Below, in pieces: positions 15,805 to 30,827 of a stretch of DNA of 64,000 nt. The position numbers and the translations under genes are program-made. Source of the stretch: the human T2T-CHM13v2.0 reference genome, Homo sapiens. Each line of letters opens with the position of its first letter. The stretch's first letter is position 1. The notes beneath the pieces were generated by a model. The model had not been told where the DNA came from. It ran no database searches and saw only the letters and a program-made list of their open reading frames with translations. The DNA lies in assembly GCF_009914755.1 (NCBI RefSeq), contig NC_060938.1; one strand, given 5' to 3'.

Positions 15805-16090
15805 TTTTTTGGGGGGTGGTGGTCTCACCCTGTCACCCAGGCTGGAATGCAGTGGTGATCATATCTCATTATATCCATGAACTCCTGGACTCAAATGTTC
15901 CTCCTGCATCAGCCTCCCAAGTAGCTGGGACTAGAGGCATGAATTACCACACCCAGGAATATTTTTAGTTTTATAGGGGCAGGGTCTTGCTATGTGGCCC
16001 AGGCTAATCTTGAAGTCTTGTCCTCAAACAATTCTCCCATCTTGGCCTCCCAAAGTCCTGGGATTGCAGGCATGAGCCACTAAGCCTAAC
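15805..16090 (-). mobile_element. AluJ
   Basis: Diverged Alu with J-type motifs; TSD CTTGAAAT(T/G)ATCTTT at 15793 and 16091. Confidence 0.9.
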
Positions 16091-16559
16091 CTTGAAATGA
16101 TCTTTTGTTCCTACTAGAACTCACTCCTGAATAATACTTTATTGAAAAATCAGATTCTTTTGGATTTAAAATCTATTCCATGCTTAATGGAGCCACTATA
16201 GTTCAAAGCCTCTGATAATTATTAGAAAAAATCCTAATTTCTTTCTTTTTAAATTGTTCTTCTTTTGTCTGTGTAATTAGGTCACTCCACAAATAATAAC
16301 TGAAATTTATTGGGAATTTATTGTATTCCAGAAATTAAAATGCTTATTGCAAACATTATTTACTCCACAATTACTTCAGAGTTGAATCTAAAATTGCTCT
16401 CATTTTATAATATTATTAATGTTGGCTTTAGAGAGGTTAAGAGATTAAGTATGCTTGAATCTAGGCCATTTGGCTTCAAAGAGCATAATCTTAATTCATG
16501 CTTTGCCTCTCCTTCTCCTCCTCCTTCCTGCACAAGGTCCAGTGGCTCACTACTGACTC

Positions 16560-16960
16560 CTTTCTGTTTCAACATTTATTTCATACAATTTAAAATAGAT
16601 ATAAAAATAGGACAATATAATAAACTCCCATGTATCTATTACCAGCTGAAAACTTTATCAACTCATAGCCAATCTGATTTCATATATTGCCCCACCCACT
16701 TATCTTCATGTATGTTATTCTGAAGGAAACACCACATATCATTCCATTTCTTCTGAAAATTATTCTGCATATCTTATGACACTACATACAATGAATTCTT
16801 TTTTAACAATACCACCAAACCATTAGGACAACAATTTCTTATATCAGAAGATATACAGTTAAGTTTTTTATAGTATTAGGATCCAAATAACATCCTTAAA
16901 TTGTAGTGGTTGATCTTGGTCTTCCCTCTTTCACTTACAGATTCCCCTTACATAGCTTCT
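16560..16960 (-). mobile_element. Old L1 (L1MC/MD-like) 3' end
   Basis: 'aataaactcccatgtatctattaccagct...tcaactcatagccaatct' is typical of antisense L1M 3'UTR. Confidence 0.6.
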
Positions 16961-17039
16961 CTCTCTTATTTTCTCTCTCTCCTCTAATTTTTGTTAGTTA
17001 TTTTTCAAATAATTTTTCAAACATGTTTTCAATTTTTTT

Positions 17040-18790
17040 TCAAATATATTCTCTCTCATTTTCTCTACTCTGGTGACTACAATTACATGTATGTTAGATA
17101 ACTTGAAGTAGTCCCATTGCTAACTGATGCCCTTCTAATTTTACTGAATTTTTGCTTTGCACTTTAGTTTGAGTTGCTACTTTCAACATGTCTTCAAGCT
17201 CACTAATACTGATTTTGCAATGATAAATTCGTAATCCCATCATTGTATTTCTATTTCAGATTTTTAAATTTTAATTCACCTGGATTTTCTACAATTTTTA
17301 TTTGTGTCTTTGTTGTATCATCCATGTTTCTACTTTCATGATATAATAATTTAAGTGTATCATAACAACTGTATTAATTCCTTGTCTGCTAATTCTAACA
17401 TGTGACAGTTATGGATCAGTTTTAATTGGTTTATATTTCTCACTATGAATCAAATTTTTCTTCTTCTTTGGATATTTTTGTCATCTTTCATAAATGCCAG
17501 ATAATTTTGAATTTATCTTGCTGGGAGCTGGGTATTTTGGTATTGCTACAATATCCTGAGTCACATTTTCTTTAAAACAGTGTGTTCCTTTCAGTCTTGT
17601 TTTAAAAAGCAGCTGGAACCAGAGCTGTGTTTAATTGAGGACTATTTTCCACTCTTCTGGGAAATAAGCAAAACCCTCTGAGTGCTCTACCCAAGGTCCT
17701 GTCAATCCTGAGGTTTTCTTGTCTGGCTGATGGGGGCAGGCACTATTCCTGGCCCTGTGTGTCTCTGGGAATAGCTCTTCCTAATCCTTTCAGAAGGTCT
17801 TGCCATGTCATGAATTATTTTCTTACATGCATGTACTGCTCAGGATTCTATTGAATACTCGAGTGGAATCCTCTGCAGATTTCCAGGTGATTTTGGAAAT
17901 TTTCTCTTCTTCAGTATTCTGTCCTGTGAACTCTAGCTGCCTTGGTCTCTTAGTTTCCAAAGACCACGACAAAAATTGCCATAAATTTGGTGGCTTAAAA
18001 TAACAGGTATTTATTTTCTCCTAGTCCTGGAATCCAGAAGTTCAAAATCAAAGTGTCCGTAGGGTTGGTTCCTTCTATAGGGTGTGAGGAGGAATCCATT
18101 CCATGCCTCCATCTTAGCTGCTTATCTCACTGCCTGGCAGTCTTTGGCATTTTTTGACTTGTATCAATTGAAACTGACCCAGAACTGACATATGCTAGAA
18201 TTAGCATACAATGAGTGAATACAGTTATTACGATACAACTTAAGTTACTATATCATAAAATTAGAAACTTGGATGATATAATAAACACACAGATAAAAAT
18301 TATAGAAAATCCAGGTGAATGAAAATTACAAAATCTCTGTCTTTGTTTTTATGCCATCTTCTTCCCTGCATTTCTGTGTGTTCCTTTCCATCTCTTATAA
18401 GGAGACTTTCTCTGGACCTACACTAACCTAGTAAAATGTGATCTCAATTATTACCTTACTTATGTATGCAGAACCCCTCTTTCCAAATATGGTTACAAGC
18501 AGAGGCTCTGGGAGAACGTGTGTTCTGAGGAGACTCTATTCAATCAACTGTGGTTTCCCTGGGACTCTTAACCCTGTCTCCTGAGGTCTCTGAAATCTGA
18601 GTTCCCAGGCCCTGTGCCTCAGCTTGGAAACTTTTTCACAAGATAGTAAACTGGAGCTATTTCGGGGCTCACATTATTTGTTTCCTATTTCTTGGTAATC
18701 ACTGTTCATCACTGTCTGATGTTAACTATCCTAAATTTTTTTTTTGTGATTTTTTTGGTGGGGAAGGGTAAATATATTCCCTCTACTCCA
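17040..18790 (-). mobile_element. Old L1M 5'/ORF1 region, split by MLT1
   Basis: 'actacaattacatgtatgttaga', 'ccttgtctgctaattctaac' antisense ORF1-type motifs. Confidence 0.65.
17948..18552 (-). mobile_element. MLT1B/C-like solo LTR carrying a foreign ~170-bp insert
   Basis: 'ggtggcttaaaataacag', 'ccagaagttcaaaatcaaagtgtc', 'tcttataagga'. Confidence 0.8.
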
Positions 18791-19160
18791 TTATGATTTT
18801 GCTGTGTCCCCACGCAAATCTCATGAATTTTAGCTCCCATAATTCCCACATGTCATGGGAAGAACCCTGGGGGAGGTAACCGAATCGGGGGGGTCAGGTC
18901 TTTCCAGTGCTGTTCTCGTGATGGTGAATAAGTCTCATAAGTCTCATGAGATTTGATGGTTTTATAAAGGGGAGTTGTCCTGCACACGCTGTCTTGTCTG
19001 CCACCAAGGAAGCCGTGACTTTGCTCCTCATTCACCTTCTACCATGATTGTGAGGCCTCTCCTGCCACGTGGAGCTGTGAGTTCATTAAACCTCTTTTTC
19101 TTTATAAATTACCCCGTCTCAGGTATGTCTTTATTAGCAGCATGAAAATAGACAAATACA
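18791..19160 (+). mobile_element. THE1B/C solo LTR
   Basis: 'gctgtgtcccc...tagctcccataattcccaca...ataaattacccc...aataca'; TSD CTCCA/CTTCA. Confidence 0.92.
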
Positions 19161-19646
19161 CTTCATCTTGGCAAAAAAAAAAAAAAAAAAAAAAGCAGAA
19201 GGTTTTTGTTGTTGTTTTTTAGATTTAATTTATTTTGTAGTTAGCAACATGACCATGTTATTTTAAGGTACCTGAATATTGTTCTGTGACTAAGTTCAGG
19301 TGATTTTTCTTAAATTTGGCTTTTTAGAAACCACTGGATATTGAAAACTCTGGTCTATTTTAATAGGAAAAGAATCTGTATCAAGAGAGGTATTAGCAGA
19401 GATGTGAAAGAGAAAGAAGAATCAGGAAGAGGAGAAAAGTAAGACAGAAAGAAATTTTGTGCCTTTAAGATGACAACAATGAGATAAATTGACAAATTAT
19501 ATATGTATATGTACATATATTTTTAAACTATATTTTCCAAACACAAGCTATTTAATAGAATTACCTTCAACAATAGTTGATTAAAAACAAAGTGGTACAA
19601 ACTGAATTAATTCTATATTCCATATATAGTGTGTATAATATGGATA

Positions 19647-19704
19647 TGAGAGAGAGAGAGAGAGAGAATGAGAGAGAGAGAAAGAGACAGGGAGAGAGAA
19701 AGAG
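19647..19704. repeat. (GA)n microsatellite
   Basis: GA run. Confidence 0.9.
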
Positions 19705-20064
19705 AATATGCATCCAAACCAATTTTCCCACACATAGGTGCTGTGAGATGTTTAGAAAAATAGTATTTTATAATCTATCCCAGTTATGCTTTTCTCTTCC
19801 CAAACTCTCAAATGTGAGTTATATTCTTGTAACTTCCATATGTATTTAATTTAGCATAGATACTCCATTGCCATTCCTTAATAGTGTCTACAAGGAGGTC
19901 CAGCTGTGAAGAATTCCCTTTGCTATTTTTTTCTTCAATTTTGAAAACATATTTTGGCTGTGACATTCATCAATAAAAAGTACATTTATGCGTTGGAAAA
20001 AATATTCCTAATGTTGAATAAATGTATCCATGTCTTCTAAAACTCTCAATTGTTTTCAGCATAT

Positions 20065-21392
20065 CCATCTGATCTTCAACATGCCTGACAAAAACAAGCC
20101 ATGGAGAAAGGATTCTCTAGTTAATAAACGGTGCTGGGAGAACTGGCCAGCCATATGCAGAAAATTAAAACTAGACTCTTTATCTAACACCTTATACAAA
20201 AATTAACTCAAGACTGATTACAGACTTAAATGAAAAACCCCTAACTATAAAAACCCTGGAAAAAAATCTAAGCAATGCCGTTCAGGACACAGGCACAGGC
20301 AAAGATTGCCTGACAAAAACACCAGAAGCAATTGAAACAAAAGCAAAAATTGACAAATGGGATCTAATTAAAGTAAAGCGCTTCTGCACAGCAAAAGAAA
20401 CTATCATCAGAGTGAACAGGCAACCTACAGAATGGGAGAAAATGTTTGCAATCTATCCATCTGATAAAGGTTTAATATCCCAAATCTACAAGGAACTGAA
20501 ATTTATGAAGAAAAACAACCCCATTAAAAAGTGGGCAAAGGACATGAACAGACACTTCTCAAAAGAAGACATTTATGCGGCCAAGAAACATATGATTAAA
20601 AAGCTCAACATTACTATCAAAGAGAAATGCAAATCAAAACCACAATGAGATACCATCTCAGTATCGGCCAGTCTGGATGGTGATTATTAAAACATCAAGG
20701 AACAGCAGATGCTGGCAAGGTTGGGAAGAAAAAGGAACACTTTTATACTGTTTGTGGAAATGTAAATTAATTCAATCATCGTGGAAGACAGTGTGGCGAT
20801 TCCTCAAAGACCTAGACCCAGAAATACCACTTGACCCAGCAATCCTAATACTGGGTATTACCCAAAGGAATAGAAATCCTTTCATTATAAAGATACATGC
20901 TTGTGTATGTTCACTGCAGCACTATTCACAATAGCAAAGACATGGAATCAACCCAAATGCCCTTCAATGATAGACTGGATAAAGAAAATGTAGTACATAT
21001 ACACCACGGAATACTATGCAGCCATAAAAAGGAATGAAATCATGTCCTTTGCAGGGATATGGATGAAGTCAGAAGCCATTATCCTCAACGAACTAATGCA
21101 GGAAAAGGAAACCAAACATTGCATGTCCTCACTTACAAATGGGGACTGAAAAATGAGAATCCATGGACACATGGTGGGGGAACAATACACACTGGGGCCT
21201 GTCAGGGGGTGGGGAAGGGGTGGAAAAGCACTAAGAAGAATAGTAAATGGATGCTGGGCTTAATCCCTAGGTGATGGGATTATCTGTGCAGCAAACCACC
21301 ATGGCACACGTTTATCTGTGTAACAAATTTGCGTATCCTGCACGTATACCCTAGAACTTAAAATATAAGTTGATAAAATAAAATTTAAAAAT
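20065..21392 (+). mobile_element. 5'-truncated L1PA (older, ~L1PA13-15-like): ORF2 C-terminus and 3'UTR
   Basis: ORFs NRQPTEWEK..., SRCWQGWEEKGTLLYC... match L1 ORF2p; 3'UTR 'gcagcaaaccaccatggcacacgttta'. Confidence 0.95.
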
Positions 21393-23624
21393 GTGGTGTA
21401 CACAAAAAATGATTAAAGCACCATATTCACTGGTTTCTAAGACAAGAATTATCTTCGAAAATATCAAAAGAATTAACCTATAGGTTACAATATACTTCTG
21501 CCCTAACCTGTTCTGGTAGACACAGGTTTGTTGTTTATAATGAATGTAAACTTATCATCTTACCTCCAAAATTTTGAGACATAGCATAAGCACCATTTCA
21601 CTGTTCATTGATGAGAATAGTACACTTTTTATGTTAAAAGTCTCTTCCTGTGTCATTTACCCAGTATGATCTCACTGTACCATATGTAGAAATCATCATT
21701 AAATTTATGATTCTATTATTAAATCAATGTTTATTATATTCTCTGTGTTTTTGTACCCTATTGCTCAGATTATGTAATTTGATGACAGGGTCCATGTTAC
21801 ACTTTTGGTATGTGTCCTTACCACCTAGAAGATATATAATAAATATGTTAAATATTAAATGAACACAATTCAGACTCTTATTGTGATTACTTTTCAATTC
21901 AATCTGTTCACTCTGCCACATAAACTCTTGCTATGGTCACATTGCATAAGGAAATACAGGACATTGAGTCATGAAGAAATATAATTTTTAATGTTTTAAC
22001 AATACAGCCACAGTTTTTATTCTTAGAGGACAGGAATCAAGCAAAGGAAATTTATCACTTTATATGTCTGTTTCTGCTATTGATGCTGTAGAGAGCATCT
22101 TCAGGTAGAATAAAATACAGAAAAAAAATTCAGATTATTGCCTGGAAATAATCTCTTAATTGTGTGTATGTATTTCTTAATGAATAAATTATAAGTTTAT
22201 AAAATCTAAAGGAATATTTTAAATAGCATTTTTACTTTCTGAATAAAAGTGTGTATAAAGTCCTGAGAAAACATGTTGCTTCTCCAGAAATATGTCCTGT
22301 AATTCAACAATAATGTCACTCAATGTTTTTAACATAGCAGGTTTTTTCTCTTTAAGACGGAGTCAAGAACACACCTTTACTATCTCCCACTCAGATTATT
22401 CTCTTCTTTATAGTATCAGAAATCATAAAAACACATTTCCAAGATAACAGAATTACAATTGAGGTGTTAGAAATAGGGCCTGAACTTTGAGGAAAACGTG
22501 GTAATGACAGTAGAAAAAGACAATTTCTCTATTTCAGTTCATGTGTAGAAGCAAAATTTTCTGTTCTCTCCTTCAATAAAATAAAACAAAACAAAAATGA
22601 CAAACGCAGGCATTCCAATTTCTAACTTCATGGACGAGAACACTAACATAAAATATTTATTCACATCTAAGTGTAAAGAACTTCAGTTGAATCTGTGAAT
22701 CAGAAAGAATGTTTGCAATAACTTAATAGGGGAGTAGAGTCTGCAAAAGAAGTGCAAAAAGAATCTCACTCATGAGGTGGTAATGTTTTTCCCCTTTATT
22801 AACTAAAGCCATTTTGACTAAAAGAGTATTGAATGATGGTTTTCTGTAAAAATATCTACGCGTACATGGGCACCAATTCCACTTGGTCTTTGAACATTAA
22901 GAAATTTACCCTATTTCCTATTAGAATGCAAAGTTCCATGCAAGATTAATACACATCATAAAATTGAAGCCTTAGAATAGGATCACAGAATCTAATTATA
23001 AACCTTACTTTGTATAATTCTTATTTCAGATAAAATTATGCTTTTTAATCCGGGATGTGATGGGGGACAATTGCGTGTTAATCCTACATTGCTCTGTTCC
23101 ATTTTAGAAAACCTTGAAAAGTTCAAATGACTTTTGTAATGAGAGATTGGGAACTCTGGATTTTATCACAAATATATTTTATTGCATGCAAAAGATACTA
23201 CAACATTAAATTGCACTATTTTATAATATATTTAGGTAAAACCAAAATAATATATTTTACCTAAGTAACATATATAGGTAAAAGTATTAAAAGGAATACT
23301 TTTAAGTATTTGTTTGAGATTATATGTCTTTGGTTATGTAATCTTTTTCTTAATTCTCTGAGCTCTAACCTACACTTCTTTCTTATTCAATAACTCCTAT
23401 ATTAATGATACACCCCCCATAGTCCAGGGATACAATTGCATTTTTTACTCCCACATATTTTTCACTGTCACTTGCTAGTTTAAGGCGGATATATCAATGA
23501 CACATTAACCAAGAGAGAACAGAACTGGTCAATATTCTTCATCCAGTTGACAATAGAAAATCCAAAGCAAAAATTGCTTCCCAGAATATGGTAAGCTACA
23601 TTATGCCATTCTATACTCTTATTA

Positions 23625-23890
23625 TAGCACTGTGGCTATAAGCAGAATCTCTACAGTCAGACTATATGAAATCAGTTCTCAACTGTGCCAATTAATGGCT
23701 CGATGAATGACCTTGGGTAACTTTACTTAACCCATCTATGCCACAGTTTTCTCATCACTAAAATGGGGATGGCAATACTAATCCTGCCATTATGTTGCAT
23801 AAGAATTAAATATGATAATATATTTATATATCTCAAATATTTAGAATAGTGATCATTACGTAATAAGCTCCCAAAACATCTTAGCTATCA
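23625..23890 (+). mobile_element. MIR
   Basis: Core 'tgaccttgggtaac...cagttttctcatcactaaaatgggga'. Confidence 0.8.
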
Positions 23891-24223
23891 CTGGCCTGCC
23901 TTTGCTCTGGGCTGCCCCTGCTTTATGCACTATCCTAACTTGCACATTGTCAGTATCTTAATTGCTCAAGATCTGGGGACATGGTTCTGTTATGTTTCTC
24001 TTTCCAATATCTAGATTTAACCAGATAACAGACACTTAGCAAATACACACTACAGACAAAACTAAATTTTATCTATCAACCTACAGTCACCTCTTCATGA
24101 AGCTACCTCATCCTATCAAGAAGATTTTATGACACTTCCTTTGTGCCTACCTTATTTTTCACAAGCCTCTCCCATACTACTTTAAACATTTTATTATATA
24201 TATTTTGTTTATGTATCTGTCTG

Positions 24224-24816
24224 TATATTAACTATCTCTTTCTATGTAGCAAATTATTACACATTTAGGGGCTTAGACCTCTACAAATTTATCGGTTTCC
24301 AGCTTATGTGTGTCAGGAGTCCAGTTATATTAATAGATTAGCTGAGTCCTATTCAGCATCCCACAATGCTGAAATCAAGGTGTTAACTGTGGCTACCATC
24401 CCATCTAAGGCTTAGTGTCTTCTTCCAGCTCATAGGTTTTTGGCAGAATGTATTTCCATGCCATTACATGGCTGAGGTCCCATTTTCTTGCCGGTTCTTG
24501 GTCAAAGACTTCTCAGTTTGCAGAGTTCAGCCTCAGGTCCTTGTCTCCTGACCTCCTCCTCTCACAACATGGCAGTTTGTTTCTTAAAGACCAGCAGAAA
24601 AGTGTTTGCTGCTGCTTCTTGTCTTCTTTAAGGGCTCAAATAATTAGGTCAGGCCCACCCATGATTAACTCCCCTTTGATCAACTCATAGTTCATTAAAG
24701 GACTTTGTCATAGTTATGGGGGTGATTTCCCATTATATTCACAGGTCCAGCCTACATCAAGAGAGAGGATTATACAGGGTGTATAATCATATACATTTTA
24801 AAATTCTGTCTACAAC
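24224..24816 (-). mobile_element. MLT1E-like solo LTR within L2 remnants
   Basis: 'gctgaaatcaaggtgtt', 'attaggtcaggcccaccc', end 'aattctgtctacaaca'. Confidence 0.8.
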
Positions 24817-25495
24817 AATTAGTTAGCACCCTGTGAATTAATGAAAAATAGGGGCACATTCAAGTTCAGTCTTTCTCTGCATCACCATCACCTTGTAAAA
24901 GATCCAGTCATTATTTGTTGAACAAAAAGAAAAAGAGAATAATTGAATGAATGACTATAAACCATACAGTAATGTGTGGATGCTAAAGATAACCACGAGA
25001 AAGCATCTGGGTTATGTGTGGTCAACATACATTGAAACATCTAATTTTGCCAAAATTTTAGACTTTAAGGTACTGGAAAAGGTAATCATTTTGAAATCAC
25101 CAATCACTTCTAGATGATTTCAAGTGACTTGTCAGTACCCTGTTTTTCCCACAAAATGAAAGCTAGTCAATATTTGTATGGCTTCTCTAAGTCAGTGTAA
25201 TTTTTCAAACCCAGCCTCAACCTGCTATTGCTGTCTGAAAACCCATTTGGGTCTGAACTCACAATCTTTTTGATTGGGTATAGATCCCAGGATGCTCCAC
25301 TAGTTGGATGATGTTTAGTTTAATTGGTTCAGAACGACTAGAGTATGAGAACTAGACATCTATAGATTTTGATAGGTTTACAGAAATAAATATTTATTTA
25401 ACCTGTTTCTCAATGGATGTCCAATTGGAGCACAAATGAATGCAACTTTGTTGATATTTTAAAGGATGGAAGGACAAATTGGATCACATACATGA

Positions 25496-26193
<698 letters not shown>

Positions 26194-28194
26194 GAAACCT
26201 AATAGTTTTAATGTTGCCTTAATTCAAAACAGCTGTTTTAAATGTTTCATTTCAAAATAGCTGGAATAGCATTTATACACAAGGAAGATGGACTATTTTA
26301 ACTTCTCAGTTGTTCTAATGTTACTCAGGAGAGTTCAGCAAAATGAGAACACTCTTTTTAGTTTGCCCTCCTTCTCTCTGAGATATTTCTTTTGATCTAA
26401 TTAATGGGTCATGGTCACTACTATTGTTTTATATTTTGCGGAAAATTTTACATCTAAATAAAAGTGACAGAGACCAAACTAATTTAGAACAATGTTAAAA
26501 GAGGGAAAAAAAAAACCACAATAATACTGTAACACAAATAAAAGAAAGGGCAATAGTTCTTGAAAGTGGTTTTTATCCTGCTTTTGCATAATTTTTCTGT
26601 ATAATTGGCAATTAACCTTCATTACCCCTTAAGCCCTTTACCTTCACACTTATTTCCTTTCTAAGTGAGGTAGACTGATTTTTAAAAAATGCCTCCATTT
26701 TGAGATCTTTAAATTTTGCCCAGTGAGAATAATTAGCATTTCCTCTGAAGAATATGCATTAGGGGTTCATTCATGCTAATTTGTATCCAGCAGAAGCCAC
26801 TGGAGTAAAAACCAATTTACTAGGAGGGTATAGGTTGTATTGTGCTTTAAGCTCTTTATCAGAAAGAATTTAAGGAGGGACAGCTATGAGGCTGCTGCAA
26901 TAATTTCTAGAATTGTGAATATTTAAGAAGATCTAGATGCCTCATCTTCTTATCCATTTTTGGTTATTCAAAAATGTTTTCTGTCAGTAAACTCAAAATT
27001 ACTGAACAACAAAAAGTACATCAAAGTTTCTTTACATGCTTGTAACATTGCTTTATTTCTTAGGCCTTCCCTTGGAATCTTAGTCTGATTTATAATAGAT
27101 TTTTAAATAAGCTCAGGAGCTTGACGGAGTAATTTTTGGTTATTGCAATAATGAATACTCAGGGTTAATCCAATTTCCAAGTGATTCTTGAAATGATTAC
27201 TTAATCTGTATTTTTAAACTGCTTGGACAAACAGAAATACGATGATTTGACATGAATGGTAACTCAGAGACCTCTTACTCATAATAAAGCTTGTTGTGTT
27301 TGGTCTTTTTCTCCCCTTTCTCTATTCTAGGAGTTTTCATTACCAAAGCACTTTTGAACATGGACTGCATATTAGAATTACATTTTTACTATTTTTTTTA
27401 CAATGCCCATGACTGGTCCTCATATCATATGAGATGAATAAAAAATTCTGGAGATAAGATCCAGGTACTAGTAATTTAAAAAAAAATGAAAAAAAATGTC
27501 CTGGAGGCTTCTGACTAAGAGCAAGGTTTATAGTCATTAAAATAAGGAACACAATTCTGACGTGAGTGCACACATAATTGAAATTCACCTTGTAATATAT
27601 ATGTCCACTTTTAAGTAATACTTTAATCAAAAATAGTTATAAATTTAATAAAATACATTAACTCAGCGAATCTGGAAGACATTGGGAGAAAAAGACAAGA
27701 TAAAGAGGATTCGTATGTTTGCAACCATTAAGAGTGAAGCAAATCAAGAACAAAGTTGGGCTCAGCTCCTGAGCTATAAGAAACCTATTCAGTTTTATTC
27801 AAAAACTATGACCAAATTCACTGCAAAACACTGGATTCCAGAAAAAGTAGACATAGATCAGTGCATGAGAAATATACCACTGAAGGACATGGAGTATTTC
27901 CAAGCAGTTGGTTTTTAGAAAATCGTTTCCCAGATCCTCAGCTTCCAGGTGTACTCTCTCTCCTAAAACGTGTCTTCCAGAGAGTGTAACTGGCACTTCA
28001 CTGCTTCTCCCTTCTCACCTCTTCTCTCATTTTATAAAGGGCAGTCATTCTCTCACTCACAGTGCATTGACTTAAAGTGTAAAATACTGAATGCCAAAAA
28101 AGAAAAAAAAAGTGCTGTTGAAGAATGCAGTGCTCATGAGTGAGATTCCCTGAAAGCAAAGCAAGGAGAGATTCCATAAGAAATAGTAAATTGT

Positions 28195-28553
<359 letters not shown>

Positions 28554-28863
28554 AAGAAATAGTAAATTGTCTTACACAATGAATATATTTATGGCAAGAT
28601 TATGCCTAGTTTTCTCTCTTCTGTCTATCTCTCTATTCTTCACATTTTTATTTTAAATGTAAGATGATTGTCAAATAGAATTGTATTAACTCATTTATTT
28701 GAATTGAAAAATAAAACCATAGATCTTATTTCCTACAGTAAGTCTGAGGTGGCTGAATGGTTCAACAATGATGGCTGACTTGCTGTTGGAATTATGTGGT
28801 GATGGACATTCTTTGTAAATTTAATTAACTATATAAGCCTCTTTAAATTTTGATGAAGATGTA

Positions 28864-29289
28864 TAATTGACCCTAATGTCACAGGGGTTAGGGACACCAA
28901 CGTCCATGCAAAAATTGTGTAACTTTTGTCTCCCCAAAACTTAACTACTAATAACCTATTGTTTACTGGAAGTCTTATGGATAATATAAGCAGTTGATGA
29001 CATATTTTCTATGTTATGTGCAACATATACTGTATTCTTACCAGAAAGTAAGCTAGAAAAATGCAAATATTATTAAGACAATTACAAGAAAGAGAAAATA
29101 TAATTACTACTCATTAAGTGGAGTGGATCATTGTAATGGTCTTCATCCTTGTCACCTTCACATTGAGGAGGCTGAGAAGGAGGAAGAGAAGGGGTCAATG
29201 ATGATGTCTTAGGGGTGACAGAGGTGAAAACAAATCTGTCTCTAAGGGAACCCATGCAATTGAAACACATGTTGTTCAAAGGTCAACTG
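28864..29289 (-). mobile_element. Tigger2a-like non-autonomous DNA transposon
   Basis: TIRs (T)AATTGACCCT ... AAGGTCAACTG flanked by TA; internal 'gaggaggctgagaaggaggaagag'. Confidence 0.88.
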
Positions 29290-30686
29290 TATATTAGTTA
29301 CACATACATGTACAATTGATGAGAAATTACATAGTTTATTAATAATAATCTATGCCAATCTAAAAATGTACTAGGGAATGCACAGTTCTGCAAAAAATGT
29401 TTGAAAACCACTTATTTGGCTCATGCTCCCTTGTGGGACTAATTGAGATGGAATTTTGTGGGTGTTAATAAAACGTAAAAAGTAAATTCTGACAGGATGA
29501 ACTTTATTTAAAAATGAAAGAGATTTTTGAGCCTTTAACTGGCTGGAGAATTGTATGTAGGTTATGGCTGACCCGACATGGACAGAGGCAGTGAAAATTA
29601 ACTAAATGTTGATCAATCCATATTGGACATTTGTTCTAGTTAGTTTCACAGCTGCAAGGAAGGAAACATTGGAGCTCATTTTCCTGAATGAATGCGTTTA
29701 AGAATAAGCTTGTGTAATAGCAGTTGAGGGAGAGCACTGCCTTGAGAGTGTCTTCTGTCATTTCCTGCCTCCATGCATAATAAGCCAACCCAAAGGGGCT
29801 ATGATAGCTTGGAGGAGCTATAAAAATCCATCAATGAAGATGTCTAACTTTCACCACTGTAGCATCATCTCAGGAATTACAGTTTGAAACTGAGTGTCTC
29901 TATATATCTTGGGTCTGCCATAGGAATTTATAATTATATTAGACCCAAGGGCAGCTCCTCCTGCTCTAATAACATTCATGTTATTGAACTAATGGGACTG
30001 TTTAATACAGGTTTCTCAAAATGCAGCTTCCTTTGCCTGCGCCTCCCACATATCCTCTCCTTTAGTTAATTTAGATAGTTGTTTAACCTTCTCAGCTTAG
30101 CAAATACAGTATTCAATAGGCTTAAATGAGTTTATACATGGTGTATGTCTCTTTGTTTTTACCCTCTTCCTCTCCCCTCCTCCAATAAGCAGAACCCCAC
30201 CCTCCAGCAAATTCCTATCTCTCTTCCTCTCCAATAATTTCTATTAATTTTCAGGTGGTCTCTCCACTGTGCTTAAAATACCTGACTCCTAAATCCACTG
30301 TGTCAGTTAGACTCAGGGGCACTGTAATGCCACATCTGCTAGGTATCTCTTGCATCCATTGGACACCTCCAATTTGTTGGTCTTGGCTGTCATTTTTGCT
30401 TCAGAAGTGGCAGCCGTGCCCAGCAAATGTTGGGCAGCATTAATGACCTGGTCCCAGCAGGACAACACAGAGGCTTCCACTGATATTCTGCTTCCCGCGG
30501 GGGTTGCTACCTTTTGCTCAACATTCCTGCACTGAAGATCATTAAGAGCTAGTGCTTGGAGTTTGCTCATAAGGTGGGCAATTTTTTCTCTTCTCTTTTA
30601 TATTCAAACATTTAGAACTATTTCCCATCTATCTGCATAATTTTAGACAAGCAATACTTTGCTTGTGTTTACTTTCTTCTTTCCAG

Positions 30687-30827
30687 GGACTGTGGAGCTA
30701 AGCCAAGATACAAATTTGACCAACAAACACCAAGCCTTATTCAGCATCATTTGTGCTTTCTAGTAGTTCCCAAGAATGAGTAATCTTGTTATAGTTACCT
30801 TAGTCTTTCTTGTAAATTGCCTAACAG
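30687..30827 (+). other. Candidate non-coding exon
   Basis: Acceptor gtttactttcttctttccag|G and donor CAG|gtaagg; stops in all three frames. Confidence 0.35.

Noticed and set aside
16310-16723. 137-aa ORF
   Set aside because: Non-ATG start; runs through MIR and antisense L1 remnants.
19173-19194. Isolated A22 run as a retrocopy tail
   Set aside because: No upstream insert or TSD; likely slippage expansion of a short A run.
23232-23264. 10-bp inverted repeat TTAGGTAAAA/TTTTACCTAA
   Set aside because: Short and AT-rich; plausible by chance.
30313-30570. 85-aa minus-strand ORF with a true ATG
   Set aside because: No recognisable homology or supporting minus-strand gene structure; length within chance expectation.
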